Shown: positions 1 through 10,123, counted from the stretch's first letter. The stretch is DNA of 39,792 nucleotides from Candidatus Shapirobacteria bacterium (GCA_003542615.1 DPKG01000014.1:108802-148593), one strand, 5' to 3'. Notes: generated from the letters alone by a model not told the origin. Translations and numbers: made by a program.

Positions 1-165
1 GGGGATTCTAAGAGACGTTTGTATCAAGATTTGAGTGATTTGGTTAGGAGGGTGAGAGGTGGAAGGGGAAAGGGGTCTGTGGTTGTAACTAGATTAGGAG
101 AGAACGGTTTTGAAGAAATGGCGGAAAGAATTAGAAAGAGGGATGCGGGGAATAATCGGAGATAG
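1..165 (+). CDS. 3' end of a hypothetical protein (partial, runs off left edge)
   Basis: Frame 1 open from base 1 to TAG at 163-165 (GDSKRRLYQD...DAGNNRR*); codon style like neighbouring + genes. Confidence 0.5.
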   Translation, partial: GDSKRRLYQDLSDLVRRVRGGRGKGSVVVTRLGENGFEEMAERIRKRDAGNNRR

Positions 166-181
166 TGCGGAGAAAACAAAT

Positions 182-222
182 TTATCAGAAGGGGTTGTTG
201 AGTGCTAAAGGGGTGATATAAT
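182..222 (+). promoter_or_regulatory. ftsH promoter (extended -10) overlapping a degenerate CIRCE-like site
   Basis: TGnTATAAT at 214-222, 6 nt before ATG 229; GAGTGCTAA (200-208) is a perfect CIRCE right half, left half TTATCAGAA matches 5/9. Confidence 0.5.
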
Positions 223-228
223 TGGAGG

Positions 229-2190
229 ATGAAAGAAAGTAAAAAGATTTGGGAAAAAATAAAGCAACTATTTGGTTTGAGCCTTAAAACCGGTAAAAAA
301 AGCGTAGACAAATCCAACAATAAATCCGGGGGGAGTGATATACCTGAGGATATTTTAAAACAATTACCAAAGGGAGTGGTGGTAAAAAAAATTACGATTA
401 CGCCACAGTCGATTTTGAAATGGATGTTTTATTTAATTTTGATTTTTTGGATAGTGTCGGCAATTGGTGGCTTGAGCGGAGGAGCTCCGTCGACGAGTAT
501 AACTTTGTCGGAAGCATTGGAGAAAATTAAATCAGGAAAGATATCTGAGGTGACGGTGATCGATAATGAGGTGGTATTGAAGGAAACAGATGGTGGATTG
601 ACGTATACAGCTTCAAAAGAAGTAAATGCGTCAATGGTGGAGATTATGAATAATGCAGAGATTGATATTTCGAAGGTAAATTTAAAGGTAGAAAATCGGG
701 CCGGATTGAAGGCTTTTGGCGATATTTTGGGTATTTTTTTGACAGTGGGTCTGCCGTTGTTGTTTATTATTTGGTTTTTTAGAAAAAGTTCAGGTGGGAC
801 CGGAGCGGGCGGAATGTTTGGATTTGGGAAATCACCGGCTAAATTGTTTGTAAAAGGTAAACAAAAGATAACTTTTAAAGATGTGGCTGGAGTAGAAGAG
901 GCCAAAAAAGATTTGGAAGAAATAGTATATTTTTTGAAAAATCCAGCTAAATTTCATAAATTAGGCGCCAGAGCACCGAGAGGAGTGTTGTTGATCGGGC
1001 CGAGCGGGGTGGGAAAGACATTATTGGCGAAGGCGGTAGCCGGAGAAGCTAATGTACCTTTTTTCTCGATGGCGGGATCGGAATTTATGGAGATGTTGGT
1101 GGGGGTGGGAGCTTCAAGAGCCCGTGATTTGTTTGCGACAGCAAAAAAAGCCGGGAGGGCGATTATTTTTATTGACGAGATAGACGCGATCGGAAGGATG
1201 AGGGGAGGGTTGGACGGAGGACATGGCGAAAGAGAGCAAACTTTGAATCAAATTTTGGTGGAGATGGATGGTTTTGAGTCGAATACGGCGGTGGTGGTAT
1301 TGGCAGCGACAAACAGAGGCGATTTGTTGGATCCGGCTTTGATGCGTCCGGGAAGGTTTGACAGAAGAGTGATATTGGAATTACCGGATTTGGAAGCCAG
1401 AAAAGAGGTGTTGAAAATTCATGCTAAAGGTAAGCCGTTTTCCAGGAACGTGAATTGGGATTCGGTGGCCAGAAGGACAGTAGGTTTTTCGGGGGCAGAT
1501 TTGGAAAATATGTTGAATGAGGCGGCAATTGCGGCGGCGGTGAATGATAGGAAAAGTATTAATTCAAATGATATTGAAGAGGCGGCATTGAAGGTAAAGT
1601 TGGGAGCGGCAAAAAGAAGAACTCAAACAGAGGAAGATAAATTAATGACGGCTTACCATGAGGCCGGACATGCAATTGTAAACTTTGTAGAGGACTTGGA
1701 CCCGGTACATCGAGTTTCGATTGTTTCACGGGGAATGGCGTTGGGATTTACCCTAATTCCACCGAGGAGAGATGAAGTACACAGAACAAAATCTAATTTG
1801 ATAAAAAGAATGGCAATGGCAATGGGAGGAAGGGCGGCAGAGCAAATTGTATTTGGGGATATTACTACCGGAGCGGCTTCGGATATTACTCATGTGACTC
1901 AGATTGCCAGAAATATGGTAACCGAGTGGGGGATGTCGGATTTGGGACCGGTAAGTTTGGGGCCACAGATTGATGTGAATGATTTTGGCAAGGCTTATAT
2001 GGAACCTTCAAAAATATCTGACGGGATGATGAGTAAGGTGGATGAGGAAATTAAAAAATTAGTTAATACAGCTTTGGAGAGGGCGATGGTGGTTTTGAAG
2101 GAAAATCGGAAAAAATTAGATGAGATTGCCAAGCTTTTGGCTGAGAAAGAGACTTTGGATGACAAGGAATTTGCGAAGTTGATGGGGTAA
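229..2190 (+). CDS. ftsH: ATP-dependent zinc metalloprotease FtsH
   Basis: Two TM segments, Walker A GPSGVGKT, Walker B IIFIDEID, SRH RPGRFDR, HEAGH zinc motif. Confidence 0.98.
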   Translation: MKESKKIWEKIKQLFGLSLKTGKKSVDKSNNKSGGSDIPEDILKQLPKGVVVKKITITPQSILKWMFYLILIFWIVSAIGGLSGGAPSTSITLSEALEKIKSGKISEVTVIDNEVVLKETDGGLTYTASKEVNASMVEIMNNAEIDISKVNLKVENRAGLKAFGDILGIFLTVGLPLLFIIWFFRKSSGGTGAGGMFGFGKSPAKLFVKGKQKITFKDVAGVEEAKKDLEEIVYFLKNPAKFHKLGARAPRGVLLIGPSGVGKTLLAKAVAGEANVPFFSMAGSEFMEMLVGVGASRARDLFATAKKAGRAIIFIDEIDAIGRMRGGLDGGHGEREQTLNQILVEMDGFESNTAVVVLAATNRGDLLDPALMRPGRFDRRVILELPDLEARKEVLKIHAKGKPFSRNVNWDSVARRTVGFSGADLENMLNEAAIAAAVNDRKSINSNDIEEAALKVKLGAAKRRTQTEEDKLMTAYHEAGHAIVNFVEDLDPVHRVSIVSRGMALGFTLIPPRRDEVHRTKSNLIKRMAMAMGGRAAEQIVFGDITTGAASDITHVTQIARNMVTEWGMSDLGPVSLGPQIDVNDFGKAYMEPSKISDGMMSKVDEEIKKLVNTALERAMVVLKENRKKLDEIAKLLAEKETLDDKEFAKLMG

Positions 2191-2197
2191 ATTCTTT

Positions 2198-2284
2198 GGC
2201 TCATAACCATAATTTTTTAATGCTCACACCAATCCGCAGCTACACGGGTTGCGGTTGCGCTTTAAAAAATTAGATTATTTCGCC
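2198..2284 (+). repeat. Hairpin repeat element, core type A, copy 1
   Basis: 37-nt core 2223-2259 matches 11471-11507 at 34/37; long imperfect inverted arms; lies between convergent genes. Confidence 0.8.
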
Positions 2285-3961
2285 TTAGATATCTTCTTCC
2301 AGATTTATAATCCTTTGAAGGATGGCAAGCGAAGCCAGGTAAACCGGTTCGACGCCGTCGAGGGTGAGGTGCTGAGTACCAAGGTTTTTGGCCTTGGAAT
2401 AGGGAGTATCGGAAGTGTAATTGATAATACCAATATCCATGGGGGCGGGATTGAGATCAATGATGGTGTTGCGGGGGGTAGGTTGGTCGTAGGTGGCTTC
2501 GGCGACGGCACCAAGATAGGGGCCGGATTCCATTTCGATGATAGTGAGATTGTTTTCGGAATATTTTTGTAATAAGGCTTCGTTTTCGAGATAGGTGCCG
2601 AGGACGGAAACGGCTTTTTGGTTGGTTAGAATTGAACCCTGATTGTTGGTGTAGGGAAAGAAGTTGTTGAAACAATTATTAAACATGTAGGTGTTTTGGG
2701 TGTGTTCGTCGAATACCAGACGGGGAATTTGAATGTCGCCGATTTCACTGTTGAGAACGGCAGCTTTACCGGTAATATAGACACCTTTGACACGGGCGAC
2801 GTTTTCCAGAGTTTCAGTGAGAATGTGATAAGCGGCAAAGCCCAGGGGATAATCGATATTAAAAATTAAGGCATTAGATTGAGAAAGTTTTTTTGGGTGG
2901 GTGATTTTGAGACGAGGGTCGAGGTGTTTGGATTTGACCAGGTTTTTGACGGGGAAGATTTGAACATTGGAATCGAGATAGTGGGAATTGGGAACGTAAA
3001 TTATACCCAGGCTTTTTTGATATTGAATAAATTCTTTTTTGATTTTGGGCTGATCGAGGTAATATTTTGAAGCAAAATAGAGAAAATCGTTTTGGTGGAG
3101 AAATAGTTGTTTGGATTGGATTTCTTGCCATATTTGGTAGAGTTGGGGGCGGTCTTGTTTGATTTGGGAGATAATAAAGTCCTGTTTTTTGAGAACAAAA
3201 CCACTAAAAATATTGAGAAGACTGTGGGTGTTGGAGGAGACAAAATAAATATTTTGACGGGAAATATGGAGATTTGGAGAGACGGTTTTGGCTACATTTT
3301 TCCACCACTTTTGGGTGGTTTTGGTGTAATCGATCCAGGAACCGGCTAAAAGTTGGATGCGGAGATTTTGGGGGGATTGATAGATATTTTGGAGGCGGGA
3401 AGGCCATTTGGAGCCGAGGGCGGTGGTCAGACTTTTCCAGTCTTGAGGGGAAATGTTAAGAGTTTGGGTTAATTTATCTGTTTTTAGGTCGGACTTGAAT
3501 TTGAAGTAAGATTTATATTGAGTCTTGAGAAGAGTGTGGAATTTGTTCCATTCAGTTTGATAGGCAATAAGGAGATTGGTGAGATCGTCAATGTCGGAGA
3601 TAGAGGCGGCAAAGGAGGCCAGAAGGTGTTTTTGGGAGTGAAAGAAAGTGGTGCGACGGCGAGCAGGCGATTCGACTTTGGCCCAGTTTTCGACTTGTTT
3701 ATAGCCAGCTTGAGTAAAAACATCGGGTGTTTGGCCAATAATTATTTTTTGAGTCTGGTCGATTTGGGCGGGAAGACGAAGCAGGGCGTAAACGAAGGCG
3801 GCGACATCGAGTTGGAAGGGGTTGTTGGCTAAAGGGTGGAGAATGGGTTCGAGGCGGAGGTGGGAATTGGAGAGTGAGTTGACGGTGAGTTCGTGGGTAC
3901 TTTTGAGGGCGGAACGATAGGAGCGAACATGAAGGTCGATGGAGTCGATGGTTGAGGTCAT
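2285..3961 (-). CDS. Conserved hypothetical protein (DUF6909-like) with C-terminal nucleoside phosphorylase/AMP-nucleosidase-like fold
   Basis: 558-aa ORF; YITGKAAVLN..IGDIQIP and IIEMESGPY resemble PNP/UDP-family motifs. Confidence 0.6.
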   Translation of the reverse strand: MTSTIDSIDLHVRSYRSALKSTHELTVNSLSNSHLRLEPILHPLANNPFQLDVAAFVYALLRLPAQIDQTQKIIIGQTPDVFTQAGYKQVENWAKVESPARRRTTFFHSQKHLLASFAASISDIDDLTNLLIAYQTEWNKFHTLLKTQYKSYFKFKSDLKTDKLTQTLNISPQDWKSLTTALGSKWPSRLQNIYQSPQNLRIQLLAGSWIDYTKTTQKWWKNVAKTVSPNLHISRQNIYFVSSNTHSLLNIFSGFVLKKQDFIISQIKQDRPQLYQIWQEIQSKQLFLHQNDFLYFASKYYLDQPKIKKEFIQYQKSLGIIYVPNSHYLDSNVQIFPVKNLVKSKHLDPRLKITHPKKLSQSNALIFNIDYPLGFAAYHILTETLENVARVKGVYITGKAAVLNSEIGDIQIPRLVFDEHTQNTYMFNNCFNNFFPYTNNQGSILTNQKAVSVLGTYLENEALLQKYSENNLTIIEMESGPYLGAVAEATYDQPTPRNTIIDLNPAPMDIGIINYTSDTPYSKAKNLGTQHLTLDGVEPVYLASLAILQRIINLEEDI

Positions 3962-4008
3962 AAGTAAATGAAGTATAAGGTATAAGATTTAAGTTTCAAA
4001 GTTTAAAA

Positions 4009-4050
4009 CCCCTCTCCCGATAAATCGGGATCTCCCCTTGAAAAAGGGAG
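4009..4050. repeat. REP-like CTCCCTT..AAGGGAG hairpin (type D) with nested CCGATAAATCGG hairpin
   Basis: cccctc-tcccgataaatcggga-tctccccttgaaaaagggag; related copies at 28288-28316 and 31165-31200. Confidence 0.6.
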
Positions 4051-4146
4051 CTTTAAATATAATTTTTAAATTAATTGAAATCCTATAATGTTTAAGGTAT
4101 AATCCGGCAATTGTAATCTGTTAATATTTATTTATAAATATTTATA

Positions 4147-5961
4147 ATGAGTACTAATATGTCTGAAACAAATCTAGATCCTGGTAGGTTAAAAAAGTCC
4201 ATTGATCACCTCAAACAAAATATAACACTTCATAAACTTGAAAATTCAGTAAATGAGCCGGGGGAGGAAGCACAGATGTTAAATAATGAAATAAAGAGGC
4301 AGGAGACAGGACCGAGTAATTTGACAGCTGAAGATGTTTCCAGGGTTCAGGCGGTGGTGGATCAAAATAATGATTTAAATCTTAAAATGGAACCGGTGGT
4401 TGACAGTGAAACAGGTTTGGTGACAGGAGTGGGTGTCCCCGGGATTACGACTAATGAGCAAGGATTGGTAGTAGGAGTATCGCCGAATGTGGTTGACAAG
4501 GTGGCTCCTGGGATTCAAGTTACGGGTGATACCGGATTTATAGAAGTTCCAGAGGATAAAAAACCCAGTGATATTGAGACGGGGATGAAATTGGCTGAGG
4601 ATTTGGTAAACAAAAAGCTAGTGGGGTCGTTGGTGGTAGATGCTGATGGAAATACCAAAAATTTTTATGAACCTATTGGGGGTAATTTGACAATAGATGG
4701 GGCAGGTCAGACAGAGACAGTACCGGCAGCCGAAGTACCAGGAGAAGATGAGAGAAGTAGTAAACAAATAAAAGATGATAGAAATTTGAATGCTCAATTG
4801 ACGATTGGGGGTTTGGCGATGACTGATAAGATGGAGGATTTGAATGGGGTGGCAAACGGAAAATTGGCCAGATTGGCAGAATTAAAGAGGTTGGAAGCTG
4901 AGAATGGGGCTTATGCCGCTTCGGCGGTGAGTGAAAAGAAAAGATTGGAGGAGGAATTGGTGGATATTTATGGTGTGGATGGATTTCAACAAGTGGAGGC
5001 TAAGTGGATTGAGGTTAGTGATAGATTAGGCGGGAAGAAAGAAGAGCCGATACTGAATGAAGAGCCAAGGGTTGTTTTGGGTGGCGAGCCAGAGATAGTC
5101 TTGAGTGAAGATCCGGTATTGAATGAAAACGAAGAACCGAAGATTGTTTTGGAGGATGAGCCGGTACTGAAAGAAAACGAACAAGGTGAAGGAAAAATAT
5201 ATCATGGGTATGAAAAACAGTTAGAAAGATATAGTTTGTTGATGAAAAAAGATCCAAATACCTTGTCAGGAGAAGATCGGCAAGAGTTAAAAGATTTGGA
5301 GTATTTGTTTGGTTTAAACTTTGGTAAAAGTTTTGATGATGTATATGATCAATGGTTGGCGGATAAAAGACAAAAAGGTGAAGAAGAGGGTAAAAAAGTA
5401 GAACCGGTTATTATTGATCCTGAACCTCCAAAAATACCAGAGGAGCCAAGGAAAGAACCAGTAATAATTGAAGGAACACTGAGAGATCCTGAGCCTAGTC
5501 CTGCAGTAGTAGAAAAAGAAAAAAAACCCGGGCTTTTTGCCAGATTGGAGGCGTTTGGAAAGAGGGTGGCGGATGGTCTTGAAAAACTTGGTGCCGAAGT
5601 GAGAAAAGGATATGAAGGGGCAAAAGCCAGATTTGAGAGAAGGGCGGGAATTAGCAAAACAATGGCGACGGTAAACGTGGAGCATGCAAATGAACAGGCT
5701 GTGAAAAAAGTCGGAGAGACGGTAGAACGAATTCGTTTGATTCCTCATTATCATAGACTGAGAGAAGAATTAATAAAAGAATTTGGAGGAGATGGTTATA
5801 CCAGCTGGTATGAGGTGACTTACAAAGAGATAGACGAAAATGGGTTGGAGACAGTAAGGATTAAATATGAGAAAGATTTGATGAGTGCCTCTGAAAAAGC
5901 CAGAGAAAGAAGAAAGATGGCAGGAGATTTAAAAATGAATCCACAACCAAGTGCGGCTTAA
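4147..5961 (+). CDS. Hypothetical acidic protein with EPx(I/V)VL repeats and coiled-coil segments
   Basis: 604-aa ORF, E/K-rich, no signal peptide, no recognisable family motif. Confidence 0.8.
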   Translation: MSTNMSETNLDPGRLKKSIDHLKQNITLHKLENSVNEPGEEAQMLNNEIKRQETGPSNLTAEDVSRVQAVVDQNNDLNLKMEPVVDSETGLVTGVGVPGITTNEQGLVVGVSPNVVDKVAPGIQVTGDTGFIEVPEDKKPSDIETGMKLAEDLVNKKLVGSLVVDADGNTKNFYEPIGGNLTIDGAGQTETVPAAEVPGEDERSSKQIKDDRNLNAQLTIGGLAMTDKMEDLNGVANGKLARLAELKRLEAENGAYAASAVSEKKRLEEELVDIYGVDGFQQVEAKWIEVSDRLGGKKEEPILNEEPRVVLGGEPEIVLSEDPVLNENEEPKIVLEDEPVLKENEQGEGKIYHGYEKQLERYSLLMKKDPNTLSGEDRQELKDLEYLFGLNFGKSFDDVYDQWLADKRQKGEEEGKKVEPVIIDPEPPKIPEEPRKEPVIIEGTLRDPEPSPAVVEKEKKPGLFARLEAFGKRVADGLEKLGAEVRKGYEGAKARFERRAGISKTMATVNVEHANEQAVKKVGETVERIRLIPHYHRLREELIKEFGGDGYTSWYEVTYKEIDENGLETVRIKYEKDLMSASEKARERRKMAGDLKMNPQPSAA

Positions 5962-5976
5962 TTATTAAAATAAAAA

Positions 5977-6252
5977 ATGAAGGTATTGGAAATAAAAAAA
6001 ATGTTGGAAAAAACTAAGTTAGAGGGTGAGCTGGGAGAAGAGGCAGAAAAAATATTGCAGGGTTATGATGAGAGTGAAGATTTGGGAAGGGAAGATGCGG
6101 AAAAATTAGCGGGGTTGTTTGAAGCGGGAGCTGAAGTTTCTGACATCAAAGCTCAATATTATGGTGATGTGTTGTGGAGTTTGAATAGTTATGTCAAAAG
6201 TTTGGAGAGTGCTTTAGATTTGGCGGAAGAAGAGGTCGATAGTTTAGAATGA
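5977..6252 (+). CDS. Small acidic helical hypothetical protein
   Basis: 91-aa ORF 15 nt after previous stop, typical codon usage. Confidence 0.75.
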   Translation: MKVLEIKKMLEKTKLEGELGEEAEKILQGYDESEDLGREDAEKLAGLFEAGAEVSDIKAQYYGDVLWSLNSYVKSLESALDLAEEEVDSLE

Positions 6253-6273
6253 GTTTGATGCTATAATAGCTTT

Positions 6274-8433
6274 ATGGCATTGCCTGATATTAAAAATACC
6301 CCAGAGAGACCCTTGAATTTGCAGGTGGCTGATGCAGTGAAAAAGTTGGTTAATCCGAATTTGTCAGAAGAAAATAGGGCTTTGGAGAGAGGTAATTTGC
6401 GAAAAAATTTTGTAGGAGCATTGGAAAAAGCCGGAGCGGAAAAGAAGATTTTTAATACTTCGAAGCCAGGAGTGACGTTGGAGGGAGTGATGATTGAAGG
6501 AACTCCGATTGGAAATATTGGGAATTTGGATAGTTTTTTGGATAAAAGGTGGGATAAAAAAAATGGTAAATGGGTGAGTGAGCCGGAATTGATGGATGAA
6601 TGTCAGGAGGTAGAAAATGAATTTGAAAAAGGGGTGGCGGAAGGTTTAATGAATAGTGCTTTTACAAGAGGGAAGATGGATAAGGTTTTGAAAATGGATG
6701 GTAAAACTGAAAGGGATCAACAGATTGATGAAATAAGGAAAATATTGGGTGGAAATAGTGTGTTGAGTGGAATTGAAGAAAGGGTGTTGTTTTCTTTGAT
6801 GACTAGTGATGAAGACGATTTGGGAGGGGAAGAACCGGAGATAGTGGTGACGAAGGGGGAGGGGGCAGATAGTCGATTGATAGGTGTGCTGGAGAGATTG
6901 GAGGAGAGGTTGGGGGGTGGAGAGGACGATGGGCTGAGTGAGGCAGACAGAAAAAGAAGAAGGAAGTTAGAAGAACAACAAATAAAGTTTTATGAAGAAG
7001 AAATGCAGTTTAAAGGTGAAATGGAAGAAGTGTCTGAAGTAGAGTGGTTGGATGGTTTGATGGGAAAAGACTATGAGAAAGCCCAAATTCCAGCAAGGTG
7101 GATGTTGAGAGCTCCTGAGTGGATGGAAAGAAAAGGAAAAAATGAGTCTGAAATGATGGGAGAATGGAGGGATGTGTATTCCTTAGCAGAAGGATTAAGT
7201 TATGCGGTGGTGAGAAGAAGGACTGATGGGAAGTTTCAAACTGACGTGGATTATATTAAGGAAATTATATTTGGAATGTACGCAATGAAAGAGAAGAGAC
7301 TGAAAAAATACTATGAACAGAAAGAGTTTAGTTATGGGTTTAGGAACGCTTTGGAAACGTTAGTGATAGATTTGTTTGAACCTAGTGATCAAGGTATTTT
7401 TGTTTTTAAAAAGAGAGAAGATAATAATTCAGTGGATAGATTTATGCTTGATTCGGCAGCATATAAGGAAAATTTAGCGGAAAGGTTATTACGGAGTGGT
7501 GAATTTAAATCACTAGAACAAGCTAAAATTATGATATCAATTGCATCTGATTTTTTGGAGATGGGTGGGCAGTATGAGGTGGGAGATAGTGAGAGAGATG
7601 TGGGGTATGCCTCCGATGCTTTGAGGACAGCGTTAAGACCGGATGTGAAATTTGGAAAAAAGCTTATTGGTGGTGAGATTTGGGGTGGTCCGATTGGGAT
7701 GTGGGCGATGACTGTAGCTGGGAATGACGCTAAAAGAGCGAAACAACTAATTGATGGGTTGGGAATAACCCCTAAAGTTTTGGGCGGTTCTGTATTGAAT
7801 ATGATGGTTGAGGTAGAAGGATCAAGAGATAAAGTTCCGTTGGGTTTTGCGTTGTTGAATAGAAAAAATGTTGTTTTTGAAAGCAACGCGAATGATTTTT
7901 ACTTTACTTGGAAAAAAGATTTTGTAATGAATTCGATAGATGTTTGGAAATATGTGAATGGAGACAAGAAGTTGGAAATGCGGTCAATTGCAGATTTAAG
8001 TAATGTAGTTGCTGATTGGAGAAAAGGTCTTTACAATGCTGTTTGGGGTTTGAGAAAACAGTCGAAAAAAACGGGTATCGATTTTGCACCTAAAGAGGTA
8101 TTGGCAGCTGCGATTGCGGGATCAACAACTGTGTGGCCATTTGATGGTGTTGGGGGCTTTAATACTTTATATATGAGGATTGATAAGTCTGATGAGGCAA
8201 TAAGTAGACCTTCATTTAAAGATGATTATGTGGATGCGGGGGATTTTATTATTAGGAACACAGCCCAGTCAGATGCAGAGAGGCTTTGGTTGATGAATTT
8301 TTTTGGAGTTAACAAAAAAGGGGCAAATGATTTATTTCAAAAAGCTGTTGACTATGATTTTGTAACTAATGGGACAGTAGACCTTAAAGAAAGACAAAAA
8401 GTACAGAGTGGAAGGAATTGGAAATTGGTCTAA
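6274..8433 (+). CDS. Large cytoplasmic hypothetical protein
   Basis: 719-aa ORF; TGnTATAAT 6 nt before ATG. Confidence 0.8.
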   Translation: MALPDIKNTPERPLNLQVADAVKKLVNPNLSEENRALERGNLRKNFVGALEKAGAEKKIFNTSKPGVTLEGVMIEGTPIGNIGNLDSFLDKRWDKKNGKWVSEPELMDECQEVENEFEKGVAEGLMNSAFTRGKMDKVLKMDGKTERDQQIDEIRKILGGNSVLSGIEERVLFSLMTSDEDDLGGEEPEIVVTKGEGADSRLIGVLERLEERLGGGEDDGLSEADRKRRRKLEEQQIKFYEEEMQFKGEMEEVSEVEWLDGLMGKDYEKAQIPARWMLRAPEWMERKGKNESEMMGEWRDVYSLAEGLSYAVVRRRTDGKFQTDVDYIKEIIFGMYAMKEKRLKKYYEQKEFSYGFRNALETLVIDLFEPSDQGIFVFKKREDNNSVDRFMLDSAAYKENLAERLLRSGEFKSLEQAKIMISIASDFLEMGGQYEVGDSERDVGYASDALRTALRPDVKFGKKLIGGEIWGGPIGMWAMTVAGNDAKRAKQLIDGLGITPKVLGGSVLNMMVEVEGSRDKVPLGFALLNRKNVVFESNANDFYFTWKKDFVMNSIDVWKYVNGDKKLEMRSIADLSNVVADWRKGLYNAVWGLRKQSKKTGIDFAPKEVLAAAIAGSTTVWPFDGVGGFNTLYMRIDKSDEAISRPSFKDDYVDAGDFIIRNTAQSDAERLWLMNFFGVNKKGANDLFQKAVDYDFVTNGTVDLKERQKVQSGRNWKLV

Positions 8434-8448
8434 ATATTTTTTGTTAGG

Positions 8449-10035
8449 TTATTTTCCCTGCTGTCTTATGGAGTCTGCGATTTGTTTTTCTGAACCTGGT
8501 CCGAATGTTTTTTGAGCGAAACGTCTAGCTTTGGCGAATGTGGTTCCGACACCAGCTTCGAAACTATCAGCAGTTTTATTGTAAGCAGCTCCTTTACCAA
8601 CCTTATAGAGGAAGTTGTTTCGCGGATCTCCTGCTTTCATTCCCTCACCGATAGCTGCACCCCATGGAGATGGTTTGATGGCAAAGATGGCTTGAGGAAT
8701 CATTTCGGGGAGTTTGGCAGCTATCATAAAAGCTCCAATACCAACTAGACCGGCAATGAGTCGGCCACCAAAGGCTGCTCCAGCTACTCCCATAAGAGAA
8801 GGAGTCCAAAGTCCGCCCGCAAGTATTTTTTCCATAATAATATTTGCAAGGAGGAGAAATAATAAGATAAAAGGAAAAACAAGTAGATTGGCGATAAGAT
8901 CCCAAAGCCAAGTATTAAATCCAGCTTTGGAACCAGGAAAAGCACCTAAACCTATTTCTAATGGAGCTAAAATTACTTTGATTAAGATATTAATATAAAC
9001 TTTAATTAGGCCAAATAGCAAGCTAAGTAATTTGATAAAAACGATAATCAAAAGAATTAGGAGAACTAAAACAGAGGAAATTAGACCAATACCAATGGCG
9101 GTTATCGGGTTCATAGTGAAGACACCACCAATAATTCCTCCTAAAACACCACCAATAATAGTGATTAATCCCATTGGGATTAAACGAGAAACCAAATCAA
9201 AAGTTTGAAGAAAGCCGTTGTTGGTTAGGAGGTCGGAAAGAGAGTAAGCGGCATAATTACCTCCAAAAAGCGAAGAAATTGCTGAAGCAGCCAATTGGGT
9301 GGTAGTAGGTTCCAGAAGACTGGTTGGAGCGCCAAGGGAAGAAAAAAGGATGCTTATAGTTAATCCTTGGATGAGATATGTAAGGTCAATTAATAGTCCG
9401 GCAATGGCATAGGAGAAGGTGACTAAAATTAAGGTGGTGATTAATTGAGGGATGGCATTTTGGATGTTAATGACGGCTTGGGGGGAGATTTTGATGCGGA
9501 GCATGATCATAATACCCATGACGATAAAGATAATTGATGCTAAAAGGTAGATTACATTTCTAAAACCGCGCCAGATAGGGAGTAGTGGCTGAAGTCCGAC
9601 AAAACCAGTGCCTTGGGCATAAGCAGGTTTACCTAAGAAATTATCCTTAACTTGGGCGATATATTGGATGCCGGAGGCTTGAGGGGTAAAAACAGAGGCA
9701 ACGAGGTTGGTGGTAGTACCAAGAGCACCGCCGGGAACCCAACTGGTGGCGGTACCATTTAAAACATCGTCAGGAATGTCACCGGTAAGAAGGCGGACGC
9801 TGGATACAATATTGCTGCCCATAGCCTCGTCGAGCCAGGATTCTTGGTTGTTGCCGGTTTTGATGGCGTCCTGTTTGTCTTTGAGGATGTTGGTTTGGGC
9901 AAGGATTGAATTGGCGGTATAGAAGGCAGCGATGACGGAAATGGCGATAATTAAATATTTGGAAAAGATGGTAAATTTGGGAAAAATTCGGGTGTCGCGG
10001 CGATTGAGGCGGGAGAGCCAATTACTAAGTCTCAT
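8449..10035 (-). CDS. Polytopic membrane protein, VirB6/TrbL-like T4SS component
   Basis: Many TM helices, Gly-rich hydrophobic core; W..FRN..Y and ILAPL..GLGAFPG...FNTW motifs; next to the pilin array. Confidence 0.6.
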   Translation of the reverse strand: MRLSNWLSRLNRRDTRIFPKFTIFSKYLIIAISVIAAFYTANSILAQTNILKDKQDAIKTGNNQESWLDEAMGSNIVSSVRLLTGDIPDDVLNGTATSWVPGGALGTTTNLVASVFTPQASGIQYIAQVKDNFLGKPAYAQGTGFVGLQPLLPIWRGFRNVIYLLASIIFIVMGIMIMLRIKISPQAVINIQNAIPQLITTLILVTFSYAIAGLLIDLTYLIQGLTISILFSSLGAPTSLLEPTTTQLAASAISSLFGGNYAAYSLSDLLTNNGFLQTFDLVSRLIPMGLITIIGGVLGGIIGGVFTMNPITAIGIGLISSVLVLLILLIIVFIKLLSLLFGLIKVYINILIKVILAPLEIGLGAFPGSKAGFNTWLWDLIANLLVFPFILLFLLLANIIMEKILAGGLWTPSLMGVAGAAFGGRLIAGLVGIGAFMIAAKLPEMIPQAIFAIKPSPWGAAIGEGMKAGDPRNNFLYKVGKGAAYNKTADSFEAGVGTTFAKARRFAQKTFGPGSEKQIADSIRQQGK

Positions 10036-10123
10036 ATATGGGAAATTTTATCATAGATTAAGTTAAGAAAATAATAGATAAGAACAAAAACCCCACTGTC
10101 TTTGCAAATAGGAAAGGAGAATA

